Source: Acidimicrobiaceae bacterium
GTDB taxonomy: Bacteria > Actinomycetota > Acidimicrobiia > Acidimicrobiales > RAAP-2
Direction of reading: 5' to 3'
Length of the DNA stretch: 64,000 nucleotides
Assembly: GCA_003152015.1 (NCBI GenBank)
Contig: PLZF01000098.1
Location: forward strand, 1,451 to 65,450
A program made the position numbers and the translations under genes. The notes under the pieces were generated by a model. The model was given only the letters and a program-made list of their open reading frames with translations. It had not been told where the DNA came from and ran no database searches. Shown piece after piece: positions 34,820-43,751 of the stretch. Numbering within the stretch: the stretch's first letter is position 1; every line of letters begins with the position of its first letter.

Positions 34820-35299
34820 TACCCAGGCGTCGGCCTTGGTGGTCAACTTCACCACAGAATTGGGAAGTTTGCCGGCCACGATGTCGGCCAAGGTGACCAC
34901 CTCGAGTACCGAGCGCAGGCTCGACCTCACTGCCACCCAGACGTCTTGCAGATGGGCGGCGGCTCCTTCGTAATTGGCGGCTTCGGGACGTAGTCCTCGG
35001 ACCTCGGCCAACGGGCCGTCGAGAGGCCGGATGATGTCGGCCACCGTTATCTCCTTGGCTGTCCTGGCCAGGCGGTAACCACCTTCGGCTCCGCGTTGGC
35101 TACGGAGGAGGCCGGCCCTCCGCAGGTCGTTGAGGATGCTCTCGAGAAATTTTGGGGGCAGGCCTTGGGACGAGGCCAACGCCTCTGCGGTCACCGGGCG
35201 ATCGCCGGCATCGGCCACTGCGCACATGGCCCGAACGGCGTAGTCAACCTTGGCGGAGATATACACACCCAGGAGTCTGCCATGGGCGTAGGTCCTCAA
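34811..35299 (-). CDS. Rrf2 family transcriptional regulator
   Basis: SAKVDYAVRAMCAVA...PVTAEALASSQGLPPKFLESILNDLRRAGLLRSQRGAEGGYRLAR. Lies downstream of the TauE gene in the same orientation. Confidence 0.8.
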   Translation of the reverse strand: MRTYAHGRLLGVYISAKVDYAVRAMCAVADAGDRPVTAEALASSQGLPPKFLESILNDLRRAGLLRSQRGAEGGYRLARTAKEITVADIIRPLDGPLAEVRGLRPEAANYEGAAAHLQDVWVAVRSSLRSVLEVVTLADIVAGKLPNSVVKLTTKADAWVSR

Positions 35300-35302
35300 T
35301 CC

Positions 35303-36244
35303 CTAGTCGTAGCCCTCGCCGTGGGCGATGGCCGGCTCGGTGTCCGCCTCGGGCGTTCCGTCACCTTGCCCGTCCCGGGTCTGCCACGGGCGGGTCTGGA
35401 CCAGCCAGACGCAGGCGGCAGCGAGGAGCACGGCACACAGAATCCATCCCAGCGCGGTGGTGCTGACCCCCACATATTTGAGGCCCGATGCCAAGATGAC
35501 GAAGGTGATCACCGGCCGGATGTAGCGGTCCGGGACCCCCGAAGACAGGAACGACCCGATCACCACGGCGGGGACGCTGCCGATGACCAGGGAAGTGGTC
35601 ACCGGTAATTCCACATGACCGAAGGCAAGGGCTCCGAGTGCGGCGGCGAGGGTCAGGGGGACGGCCTGGGTGAGATCGGTGCCTACCAGTTGTTTGGCAC
35701 CCAGCATCGGGTAGACAAACAACAGGAAGACAATCATCAACGAGCCCGAGCCCACCGAGGTAATGCCCACGATGATTCCTCCGACCATTCCGATGATCAC
35801 CGAGGGCACCGGCCGGATCGTCAGGTGGTGGACCACGGCCTTTCCAACCTTGCCGGACCGGCGGTCGAGGGCGTACCGCAGGATCATGGCGGTCGCCCCC
35901 AACAGCAATGCGGCCCCCAGGGCGGTCTGGATGCTCTTCTCCGCCGAAGGGCTGTGGCCCATGAGGTGCAGGAGGTATGCCCCGAGGAAAGCCATTGGCA
36001 CCGAGCCCAACACCATCCAGCCCACCAGCGCGAGGTTCACTGTTCCGTTGCGCAGATGCACAGCGGCACCGAAGGGCCGCATGAGCACCGCTGCCACCAG
36101 GTCGCTCGAGATAGCGGTAGAGGGCCTGATCCCGAAGAGAAGGATGAGCATGGGGGTCATCAGGGCCCCACCACCGGCCCCGGTCATCCCAACCAAAAAC
36201 CCGACGACCGCGCTACCGAGGACAATAAAGGGATCAATATGCAC
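35303..36244 (-). CDS. sulfite exporter TauE/SafE family membrane protein
   Basis: 313 aa and highly hydrophobic. It has the repeated GxGGG-type motif (MTGAGGGALMTP, ITSVGSGSLM) characteristic of TauE/SafE. Confidence 0.8.
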   Translation of the reverse strand: MHIDPFIVLGSAVVGFLVGMTGAGGGALMTPMLILLFGIRPSTAISSDLVAAVLMRPFGAAVHLRNGTVNLALVGWMVLGSVPMAFLGAYLLHLMGHSPSAEKSIQTALGAALLLGATAMILRYALDRRSGKVGKAVVHHLTIRPVPSVIIGMVGGIIVGITSVGSGSLMIVFLLFVYPMLGAKQLVGTDLTQAVPLTLAAALGALAFGHVELPVTTSLVIGSVPAVVIGSFLSSGVPDRYIRPVITFVILASGLKYVGVSTTALGWILCAVLLAAACVWLVQTRPWQTRDGQGDGTPEADTEPAIAHGEGYD

Positions 36245-36288
36245 TGTTACCTCGGGCCGTGGTCACGTCAGACCTTGTATCTACTAAA

Positions 36289-36305
36289 CCTAGTAATCAA
36301 CTAGG
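36289..36305. promoter_or_regulatory. 17-bp palindrome CCTAGT-AATCA-ACTAGG upstream of the TauE-Rrf2 operon (candidate operator)
   Basis: Perfect 6-bp arms in an AT-rich stretch 45-60 nt upstream of the TauE start. An overlapping TACTA-aacc-TAGTA repeat lies immediately beside it. Confidence 0.3.
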
Positions 36306-36337
36306 GTAAGTAATATAAACACCCGGTCACCCGGGGG

Positions 36338-37039
36338 TCAACCGCTGGCCTGGCGGTCGACCAGGCGGTGGCGGTCGACCAGGCGGTGGCGGTCGACCAG
36401 GCGGTGGCGGTCGACCAGGCGGTGGCGGTCGACCAGGCGGTGGCGGTGGACCGGCCACTCGTCGGCCAACATCGAGAATGTGGCCGTATTCCGTACTGTG
36501 CTGTCGGCGGCCGGGCGTTCCGCCCGCAGTATTCCGTCCAACTGACAACCCAGCCGTTCGATGGCTTGGCGGGAACGGGCGTTCCGTTCATCGGTCTCAA
36601 ATCTCACCGCCCACACACCCCACGTTTCGAAAGCATGAGTCAGCATCAACCGTTTTGCCTCGGTATTGATCGGCGACCGCTGTGCCGATGACGCCAGCCA
36701 GGTGGCACCAATGCTGACGGTGTCGGGCCGCCCGTGACGCTGGTTGGCTTTGGCCGGTCCGGTCGACCAGTCCCACGGGGTCATGTCGTAGAAGCGGGTG
36801 GCTCCCACGATGCGGCCGGTTTGGATGTCTCGGGTGACGAACGGATAGTGCTGGCCCAGGCCACGAGCCTCGATTGCCCGCGTCACGTAGACGGCCATCG
36901 TTTCCGGCGTGGACGGCACGTGGGTGAATGCGAACGTCGATCGGTCACCGGCGGCAGCCGCCATCAGTTCGTCGACGTGGCCCATCTCCATGGGCCCGAG
37001 ATGGACGTAGCGGCCAGGCAGGGAAAAGAGCTCGGGCAT
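36338..37039 (-). CDS. GNAT family N-acetyltransferase (RimJ/RimL-like) with a C-terminal repeat tail
   Basis: IGATWLASSAQRSPINTEAKRLMLTHAFETWGVWAVRFETDERNARSRQAIERLG is a GNAT core. The C-terminus is HRLVDR five times. Confidence 0.8.
   Translation of the reverse strand: MPELFSLPGRYVHLGPMEMGHVDELMAAAAGDRSTFAFTHVPSTPETMAVYVTRAIEARGLGQHYPFVTRDIQTGRIVGATRFYDMTPWDWSTGPAKANQRHGRPDTVSIGATWLASSAQRSPINTEAKRLMLTHAFETWGVWAVRFETDERNARSRQAIERLGCQLDGILRAERPAADSTVRNTATFSMLADEWPVHRHRLVDRHRLVDRHRLVDRHRLVDRHRLVDRQASG
36352..36450. repeat. perfect 18-bp tandem repeat, about 5.4 copies, in the 3' end of the GNAT gene
   Basis: The unit ggcggtcgaccaggcggt starts at 36352, 36370, 36388, 36406 and 36424, followed by a partial copy. 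Confidence 0.95.
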
Positions 37040-37313
37040 GTCCCATTATCGTCGACGGATCCCGTCGCCCCGCTGGCAGCCGACGTGACGCACATGATGG
37101 AGGGGTCTCGCGAACGGGTTCGGCTCGGACCACAGACGGGAACCTCGGCACACCACTTCCACTCCACCTCGCGGCGAAAGCAGCGCCTTCACCGGGCAAA
37201 ATGACACTCAGGGTGTCGGTGATGTCCTGAACGCAGCAATTGGAACCGATGCCAATTCGCCGGGAGGTGGAGCGATTGGACCACCGGGAGACTCTGGAGA
37301 CCCAAAGTTCCCG

Positions 37314-37670
37314 TTACACCGACACTGTCAAATCATGACGTTGATCGAACTCCGACCCGATGTCGAGTCCCACCCGTAGCGCCAACGACGTCTTGGCCGG
37401 GCGGGCGGTGGTGGCCGGAACCGTGTCGTGCCAACGGATAAATCCGGCCCGAGCCAGGTGCGCCACCAGCCACATTCCGTCGAGATCGAAGCAGACGTAC
37501 TTGCCCCGGCGACTGCATCCCGCCGAGACCCGCCCGATCAGCTGGTCGAGCGACGGGGACACCGTCTTCAGCGCCGAAAAGGACGCCGGCTCACATCGGG
37601 GTATCGGCTGACCGGTCATCCTCTCTGCCAGGAGAGTTGTAAGGGCTTCTACCTCGGGAAGCTCGGGCAC
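37314..37670 (-). pseudogene. truncated Fpg/Nei family DNA glycosylase (N-terminal domain only)
   Basis: Starts with the canonical MPELPEVE, followed by RRGKYVCFDLDGMWLVAHLARAGFIRW. The frame stops after 118 aa, whereas family members carry an additional H2TH domain and zinc finger. Only 274 nt remain before the next gene. Confidence 0.7.
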
Positions 37671-37747
37671 AGGTCCATTGTGGACTCTGAGCGCCCGTAG
37701 TATCTGGTCCTCACCCGCGCCTGCCCAACCCGAGAGGGAGTTCCCAG

Positions 37748-40700
37748 TTGTTCCGCCCGGTTCCCACCGACGCTGATTTTACCGCCATCGAGGCCGGAGA
37801 GCTGGCCCGATGGAAGAAGCACCGCGTCTTCGAGCGTTCGGTGGAGTTGCGGGAAGGGGCCGAGCCCTGGGTGTTCTACGAGGGCCCGCCGACCGCCAAT
37901 GGGCGTCCCGGGCTCCATCACGTCTGGGCCCGGGCCTACAAGGACCTGTTCTGCCGCTACCGAACCATGCGCGGGTTTGCCGTTCCCCGGAAGGCCGGCT
38001 GGGACACCCACGGGCTTCCGGTCGAGGTCGAAGTGGAAAAACAGCTCGGCATCACGGCCAAGCGCCAGATCGAAGAAGAGATCGGGATCGCCGAGTTCAC
38101 CCGGCTTTGCCGCCAGTCGGTCCGCAACTACGTCGATGAATGGAAGACCCTCACCGGGCGCATCGGGTATTGGCTCGACTTCGACGATGCCTACTGGACC
38201 TTCTCTTCCGACTATGTGGAGTCGGTGTGGTGGAACCTCAAGAACATCTGGGATCAGGGCCTGCTCTACGAGGACATCAAGGTGGTGCCCTACTGCCCGC
38301 GATGTGGGACCGCCCTCAGCAGCCACGAGCTGGGTCAACCCGATGTTTACCGGGACGTGGTGGACGAGTCGGCCTACGTGCGGTTCCCTCTGACCGACGA
38401 TGGTGGTGCCGCCGAGGCACTGCGCGGCTCGCTCGGCCTGTCCACCCTCACCGGCCTGTCGCTGGTGGCATGGACCACCACCCCCTGGACGTTGCTCTCC
38501 AACACCGGCGCAGCGGTGGGACCCGACCTCGACTATGCGGTGGTGGGCGATTCGATAGTGGCGGCCGAATTAGTCGAGAAAGTATTCGGCGAAGGAGTGA
38601 GCGCCGACCGTCGGATCACCGGGCGAGACCTGGTCGGCCTCCGCTATGTGCGCCCCTTCGATGATCTCGACGTACCGCCCGGAGATGACGGAGACGGGTG
38701 GCGAGTGGTGCTCGGGGATTTCGTCGAGGCGGACGAGGGAACCGGGATCGTCCATCTGGCCCCCGCTTTCGGCGAGATTGATAGGCAAGTAGGCCGCCAG
38801 GAGGGTCTGCCCACCATCAACCCGGTGGGCCCGGATGGCACCTTCACCTCACAGGTGCCATGGCTCCAAGCCCAGCCGGTGCGGGCCACCAACCCTGCCG
38901 TGATCGACCGCCTCGAGGCGGCCGGACTCCTTTTCCGGCGGGAGTCGTACCAGCACTCGTACCCCCATTGCTGGCGCTGCGGCACTGCCCTTATCTACTG
39001 GGGAAAGCCCAGTTGGTATATCCGGACATCTGCCCGTAAGGCGGAGATGGTGGCGGAAAATCAGACCATCGGCTGGCATCCTGAGCACATCCGTGACGGA
39101 CGGATGGGGGAGTGGTTGTCCAACAATGTGGACTGGGCCCTGTCGCGAGATCGCTTCTGGGGCACCCCACTCCCGATCTGGCGGTGCGACAACGGGCACC
39201 TCCGGTGTGTCGGTTCCCTGTCCGACCTGTCTCAGCTGGTGGGCCGGGATGTGAGTGACATCGATCCTCACCGCCCGGCCATCGACGAGGTGGTCTTTTC
39301 GTGTCCCGACTGTGCCGGCGACACCGAGAGGCCTTCGTCGGAGATGAGGAGGGTGGAGCCGGTGATCGATGCCTGGTTCGACTCGGGCTCGATGCCCTCA
39401 GGCCAATGGGGCTATCCGGTGGCTCAAGGATCGGACCAGCGCTTCGTCTACCCGGCCGACTTCATCTGCGAGGCCATCGACCAGACCCGCGGCTGGTTCT
39501 ACTCGCTCTTGGCTGTCAACACGCTGGTGCGGGACTCCACGCCGTACAAAAACGTGCTGTGCCTCGGTCATATCGTGGATGCTGACGGACGGAAGATGTC
39601 CAAATCCGTCGGCAACGTCATCGATCCCTGGGAGATCCTCGATACCCGGGGTGCCGACCCCCTCCGATGGTGGATGTTCTCGCAGGGCTCCCCGTGGACG
39701 CCGACGCGGGTCAGTTTCGAAGTGATCGATACCGCCATGAGGGACTCCCTCCTTACCCTGTGGAATACCTGGTCGTTCTTCACCACCTATGCCTCCCTCA
39801 ATGATTTCGACCCCGCCGATCTGGCCATTCCCCGGCCCCTGGACCGCTCGGTCCTCGATCGGTGGATGCTGTCGCGTCTCTATGCCACGGTTGCGACGGT
39901 GACTGCCTCGCTGGATGGCTACGAGCCGTTCCCGGCCGCCAGCGCCATTGCCGAGCTGATCGACGACGTCTCCAACTGGTACGTGCGCCGTAGCCGCCGG
40001 CGCTTTTGGCGGACCGATCCGGGTGCCGACCCGGCCGACTCGCTCGGGGCCCAGGCCACCCTCTACGAGACGTTGGTTACCGTGACTCGTCTGCTCGCCC
40101 CGATGTGCCCGTTCTTGGCGGATCGAATGTGGCGTGACCTCACCCTGGCGGCAGAAGAGGATTCGGTCCACTTGGCCGACTGGCCCCAACAACAGCCTGA
40201 CGCCGTTGACGACGGCCTCGAGGCCGGCATGGGCCTGGCCCGCCGGCTGTCATCTCTCGGCCGGGCGGCCCGGTCGGAGGCGGAGATGAAGGTGCGTCAG
40301 CCTCTGGCCCGAGCCCTGGTGTACTTGCCGCCCAACAGCCCGTCATTGCCGGCCGGGATCGTCGAGGACGAACTGAATGTCGATGTGGTGGAGTCCATCG
40401 GCGAGTTGGGTGATGTGCTGGCCTACGAACTGGTGCCCAACTTCAAACTGCTGGGGCCGCGTCTCGGATCGCGGGTGCAGCAACTGCGTGCGGCCATGGC
40501 CTCGGTGGACGGGGCCGCCGCCGCCGCGGATCTGGCCGATGGCCGGCCCGTGGTGGTGGCGTTGGACGACGGCTCCGTGGAGTTGAGCGGCGACGAGGTG
40601 GAGTTGCGGGTTCGGGCCCAGTCGGGTTTCGCGGTGTCGCGGGACGGGGCCGAGGTGGTGGCGCTCGACCTCACACTCAATGATGATCTCCGCCGCCGGG

Positions 40701-40969
40701 GGTTGGCCCGCGAGGTGATCCGACACGTTCAGGATCTGCGGAAGGCCTCAGGCTTGCAGGTGTCGGATTGGATCCATCTCCATCTGGTCGGCCTCGACGA
40801 CCTGGCTCCGCTGTTCGACCTGATCGGCCGCGAGGTGCTGGCCCGCTCAGTGGTCACCACGCCACCGGACGAGGTCGGAACGGGTGGCAGTGTTGGGGAA
40901 GGCACTCCTTTCGAGTTTGACGACGGCGGCACGTTGCGGCAGGCCATGATCTGGATCATCAAGGCGTGA
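37748..40969 (+). CDS. ileS: isoleucine--tRNA ligase
   Basis: 1073 aa with a TTG start preceded by GAGAGGGAG. HIGH-type PTANGRPGLHHV and KMSKS (RKMSKSVGN). CP1 editing-domain region. Confidence 0.97.
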   Translation: MFRPVPTDADFTAIEAGELARWKKHRVFERSVELREGAEPWVFYEGPPTANGRPGLHHVWARAYKDLFCRYRTMRGFAVPRKAGWDTHGLPVEVEVEKQLGITAKRQIEEEIGIAEFTRLCRQSVRNYVDEWKTLTGRIGYWLDFDDAYWTFSSDYVESVWWNLKNIWDQGLLYEDIKVVPYCPRCGTALSSHELGQPDVYRDVVDESAYVRFPLTDDGGAAEALRGSLGLSTLTGLSLVAWTTTPWTLLSNTGAAVGPDLDYAVVGDSIVAAELVEKVFGEGVSADRRITGRDLVGLRYVRPFDDLDVPPGDDGDGWRVVLGDFVEADEGTGIVHLAPAFGEIDRQVGRQEGLPTINPVGPDGTFTSQVPWLQAQPVRATNPAVIDRLEAAGLLFRRESYQHSYPHCWRCGTALIYWGKPSWYIRTSARKAEMVAENQTIGWHPEHIRDGRMGEWLSNNVDWALSRDRFWGTPLPIWRCDNGHLRCVGSLSDLSQLVGRDVSDIDPHRPAIDEVVFSCPDCAGDTERPSSEMRRVEPVIDAWFDSGSMPSGQWGYPVAQGSDQRFVYPADFICEAIDQTRGWFYSLLAVNTLVRDSTPYKNVLCLGHIVDADGRKMSKSVGNVIDPWEILDTRGADPLRWWMFSQGSPWTPTRVSFEVIDTAMRDSLLTLWNTWSFFTTYASLNDFDPADLAIPRPLDRSVLDRWMLSRLYATVATVTASLDGYEPFPAASAIAELIDDVSNWYVRRSRRRFWRTDPGADPADSLGAQATLYETLVTVTRLLAPMCPFLADRMWRDLTLAAEEDSVHLADWPQQQPDAVDDGLEAGMGLARRLSSLGRAARSEAEMKVRQPLARALVYLPPNSPSLPAGIVEDELNVDVVESIGELGDVLAYELVPNFKLLGPRLGSRVQQLRAAMASVDGAAAAADLADGRPVVVALDDGSVELSGDEVELRVRAQSGFAVSRDGAEVVALDLTLNDDLRRRGLAREVIRHVQDLRKASGLQVSDWIHLHLVGLDDLAPLFDLIGREVLARSVVTTPPDEVGTGGSVGEGTPFEFDDGGTLRQAMIWIIKA

Positions 40970-42552
40970 CTGCTCCCGGCGAAGCTTCGACCATGGGTGC
41001 GGTCCCCGGCCAGGCCGAGCAGTTCGTAGTGGCCATCGACCTCGGAACCGGGGGTCCGAAGGTGGCGGTGGTATCGACGACCGGCCGGATCGTGTCCCAC
41101 GGTTTCGCTTCGGTCCCGCTGCATCTCCTCGACGGCGGCGGCGCCGAACAGGATCCGGCCGATTGGTGGTCGGCAATCTGTTCGGCCGCCCATGATGCAC
41201 TAGCCGAGGCGGCACTACCTCCTGCCGAGTTCATAGGGGTGGGGTGTACGGCGCAATGGTCGGGCACCGTGGCCGTCGGAGCCGATGGTACGCCGTTGAT
41301 GCGGGCGATCATCTGGATGGACTCCCGGGGCAACAAGGCGATCCGGGCCGCAGCCGCGGGTCCGGTGAATGTGCTCGGGTATGACCCCCGCAACATTCTT
41401 CGATGGGTGCGGGTCACCGGTGGAGCGCCCGGTCTTTCGGGCAAGGACCCGGTGGCGCACATTCTGTTCATCCGTGACGAGTTCCCCGAGGTCTACCGGG
41501 ACACGACCACCTTCCTCGAGCCGGTCGACTACCTCAACCTCAAACTGACCGGTCGGACCTGTGCGTCGTTCGACTCGATCGCAGCTCACTGGGTCACCGA
41601 CAACCGGAACATCGACCGAGTGACCTACGACCCTCGTTTGTTGTCCATTACCGGGCTCGATCGCGCCAAGTTGCCCGAACTGGTGGCGCCGGGGCGCATC
41701 GTGGGATCGCTGACTGCCGAGGCGGCGGCCGACCTCGGCCTACGGGCAGGGTTACCGGTAGCCGTGGGCACCGGGGATGTGCACTCGGCGGTCTTCGGGG
41801 CCGGATCGGTGGCCGACTTTTCTGCCCACCTCTACATCGGGACGTCGTCGTGGATCTCGGCCCACGTACCCTTCAAAAAGACTTCCATCACCAACAACGT
41901 GGCCTCCATCCCGGCCGCCCTGGCCGGGAAATACATTGTCGTAGACGAGCACGAGACGGCCGGTGCCTGCCTCACGTTTCTGCGGGACAACCTCGGCTTC
42001 GCCGACGACTTCGGATCCCTCAATGACATGGTGGACTCGGTGGAACCGGGGAGTGGGCGGGTGCTGTTCACGCCATGGCTCAACGGGGAGCGGACGCCGG
42101 TGGACGATCACACCATCCGAGGTGGTTTTCACAATCTTTCGCTGTCGACATCGCGGGCCCAGATGGTCCGGGCCGTGTACGAGGGCGTGGCCTTCAACTC
42201 GAAGTGGTTACTGGAGGCGGTAGAGCGATTCGCCGGACGCACCTTCGATTCGATGGCCTTCATCGGTGGCGGGGCGAATTCCGAACAGTGGTGTCAGATC
42301 CACGCCGATGTGCTGGGTCGGGAGATCCGGCAGATTGCCGATCCGGTATTGGCCAACGTGCGAGGAGCTGCCCTGGTTACGTTGATGGCCCTGGGGAGGG
42401 TGACCGTCGATGAGATCCCGGGCATGGTGGAGGTGCGCCGAACCTTCACACCTGATCCGGCGGTGGGCACCGTCTATGACCACCTGTACGCGGAGTTCGT
42501 CAACCTCTACAAACAGACGAAGGGGATTCACAAACGCCTGAACAGGTTCTGA
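40966..42552 (+). CDS. FGGY-family carbohydrate kinase (xylulokinase-like)
   Basis: FVVAIDLGTGGPKVAV N-terminal motif, GTGDVHSA, and the FIGGGANSEQWCQIHADV C-terminal motif. 4-nt overlap with ileS. Confidence 0.85.
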   Translation: MTAPGEASTMGAVPGQAEQFVVAIDLGTGGPKVAVVSTTGRIVSHGFASVPLHLLDGGGAEQDPADWWSAICSAAHDALAEAALPPAEFIGVGCTAQWSGTVAVGADGTPLMRAIIWMDSRGNKAIRAAAAGPVNVLGYDPRNILRWVRVTGGAPGLSGKDPVAHILFIRDEFPEVYRDTTTFLEPVDYLNLKLTGRTCASFDSIAAHWVTDNRNIDRVTYDPRLLSITGLDRAKLPELVAPGRIVGSLTAEAAADLGLRAGLPVAVGTGDVHSAVFGAGSVADFSAHLYIGTSSWISAHVPFKKTSITNNVASIPAALAGKYIVVDEHETAGACLTFLRDNLGFADDFGSLNDMVDSVEPGSGRVLFTPWLNGERTPVDDHTIRGGFHNLSLSTSRAQMVRAVYEGVAFNSKWLLEAVERFAGRTFDSMAFIGGGANSEQWCQIHADVLGREIRQIADPVLANVRGAALVTLMALGRVTVDEIPGMVEVRRTFTPDPAVGTVYDHLYAEFVNLYKQTKGIHKRLNRF

Positions 42553-42612
42553 CTCCCGTGACCGGCATATGGCGCCTCCCGTGGCCCCCAACGGGGTCTG
42601 CGCACCGTATGG

Positions 42613-43026
42613 TCAGCGGGGACCGGTCGGTTGCAGGAACTCGAGTCGATTGCCGAACGGGTCCGTGGCATAGAACCGTCGGAATCCGGGGAAGTCGCTG
42701 TCCCAGGTCACCGACTGACCCGCCGAGGTGAAACGGCGGACGATGTCTTCGATGTCTTCGATGTCTTCGACGAGGATGGCGGGGTGACCCTTCTTGGCCG
42801 GCCGGAACCCGTCCTCCACGCCGAGATGTAGCTCGAGGCCGCCGCTGATGAACCATGCCCCGCCCCGAGCGGCCAGGACCGGGGGTTTGGGGATCTCTCT
42901 CATTCCGAGCACGTCGACGAAGAACTCGCGGGCAGCCGGCTCCCCGCCCACCGGCATGGCCAGCTGCATGTGATGAAGGCCTGCGTACATCACCCCAGCA
43001 TGGCAGTGGTCAGCGGGCGAAACCAA
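42613..43026 (-). CDS. VOC (glyoxalase/bleomycin resistance) family protein
   Basis: HHMQLAMPVGGEPAAREFFVDVLGM...GGLELHLGVE...ATDPFGNRLEF. Confidence 0.75.
   Translation of the reverse strand: MVSPADHCHAGVMYAGLHHMQLAMPVGGEPAAREFFVDVLGMREIPKPPVLAARGGAWFISGGLELHLGVEDGFRPAKKGHPAILVEDIEDIEDIVRRFTSAGQSVTWDSDFPGFRRFYATDPFGNRLEFLQPTGPR
42742..42768. repeat. 9-bp tandem repeat, 3 copies (encodes EDIEDIEDI in the VOC protein)
   Basis: gatgtcttc occurs three times, at 42742-42768. Confidence 0.9.
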
Positions 43027-43245
43027 GTCACGGATAGGCCGGGAAGCGACTCGACTCAGTAGCCGGTGTCGCCGATCACCGGTGAGCAGCGTCTGTTGTT
43101 GATCGAGGGCAACCGCACCCCGGGGCGCCCGAACTCCGGGTCACCGGCCCCGTACCCAATCGGGCAACCCTGGCCAGTTGGAATGTGTTCGGTGAGCCGG
43201 ACGTCTGCCGCTCCCAGGGCTCACGTGGACACTTGTCCGAGTCGA

Positions 43246-43563
43246 TCAGCAGTCGGACATGGCCGCCATGGCTTGGCACATCGCCTTCCGCCGGGCCTCG
43301 GTCGCCGGCCCGATGCGGCTCACCAGGTATGACTTTGCGATGGGTTGGATGCTGTCGAATGACGCAACGCACTCATCATGAAGCCCATCTTCGGGCCCGA
43401 GTGGAACCTCGGACGGGATGTTGCGGATGGTACGAGTAACCGGGGGCCCCACGATGCGGGTGAGAACCGGGACTACCTGGGTTGGCGTTACGATCAGGAC
43501 TGGTCGGCGCCTATCTTCCGCCTCTGCCCACCACAGTTCACCCTGTTTGGGGTTGGCTACCAC
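43246..43563 (-). CDS. mazF: type II toxin, PemK/MazF family endoribonuclease
   Basis: PKQGELWWAEAEDRRRPVLIVT...VPLGPEDGL.ECVASFDSIQPI is the PemK/MazF signature. 105 aa. Confidence 0.8.
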   Translation of the reverse strand: MVANPKQGELWWAEAEDRRRPVLIVTPTQVVPVLTRIVGPPVTRTIRNIPSEVPLGPEDGLHDECVASFDSIQPIAKSYLVSRIGPATEARRKAMCQAMAAMSDC

Positions 43564-43751
43564 TGTTCTTCAGAGATCATCGTGGCGGTGTCGGCCCCTG
43601 ACCACAGTCCTTCGTCGCGCTGTGGCACCCGAAGATAACCGGTGACGATGGCTTGTCCGATCCGGCCCCGGCGGACCCGGTCGACCACAGCCTCGATACC
43701 GGCCCGGACGAGTTCCGACGGGTGGCCAATCCGGCCCCGGCGTGGCGTCAT
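43557..43751 (-). CDS. putative MazE-like antitoxin (64 aa)
   Basis: Small ORF overlapping the toxin start by 7 nt and the upstream MBL stop by ATGA. It ends in an acidic tail with a terminal Trp (MISEEQW), as in many MazE antitoxins. No clear DNA-binding motif was recognised. Confidence 0.5.
   Translation of the reverse strand: MTPRRGRIGHPSELVRAGIEAVVDRVRRGRIGQAIVTGYLRVPQRDEGLWSGADTATMISEEQW

Noticed and set aside
37520-37747. Possible T-box riboswitch upstream of ileS, as known for mycobacterial ileS
   Set aside because: I could not find the conserved T-box sequence (GGUGGNACCGCG-like) or a convincing specifier-loop/antisequestrator arrangement. Only loose resemblances were seen (UGGUCCUCACCCGCG, and a CCUCUC stretch complementary to the SD). 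cmsearch with Rfam RF00230 would settle the question.
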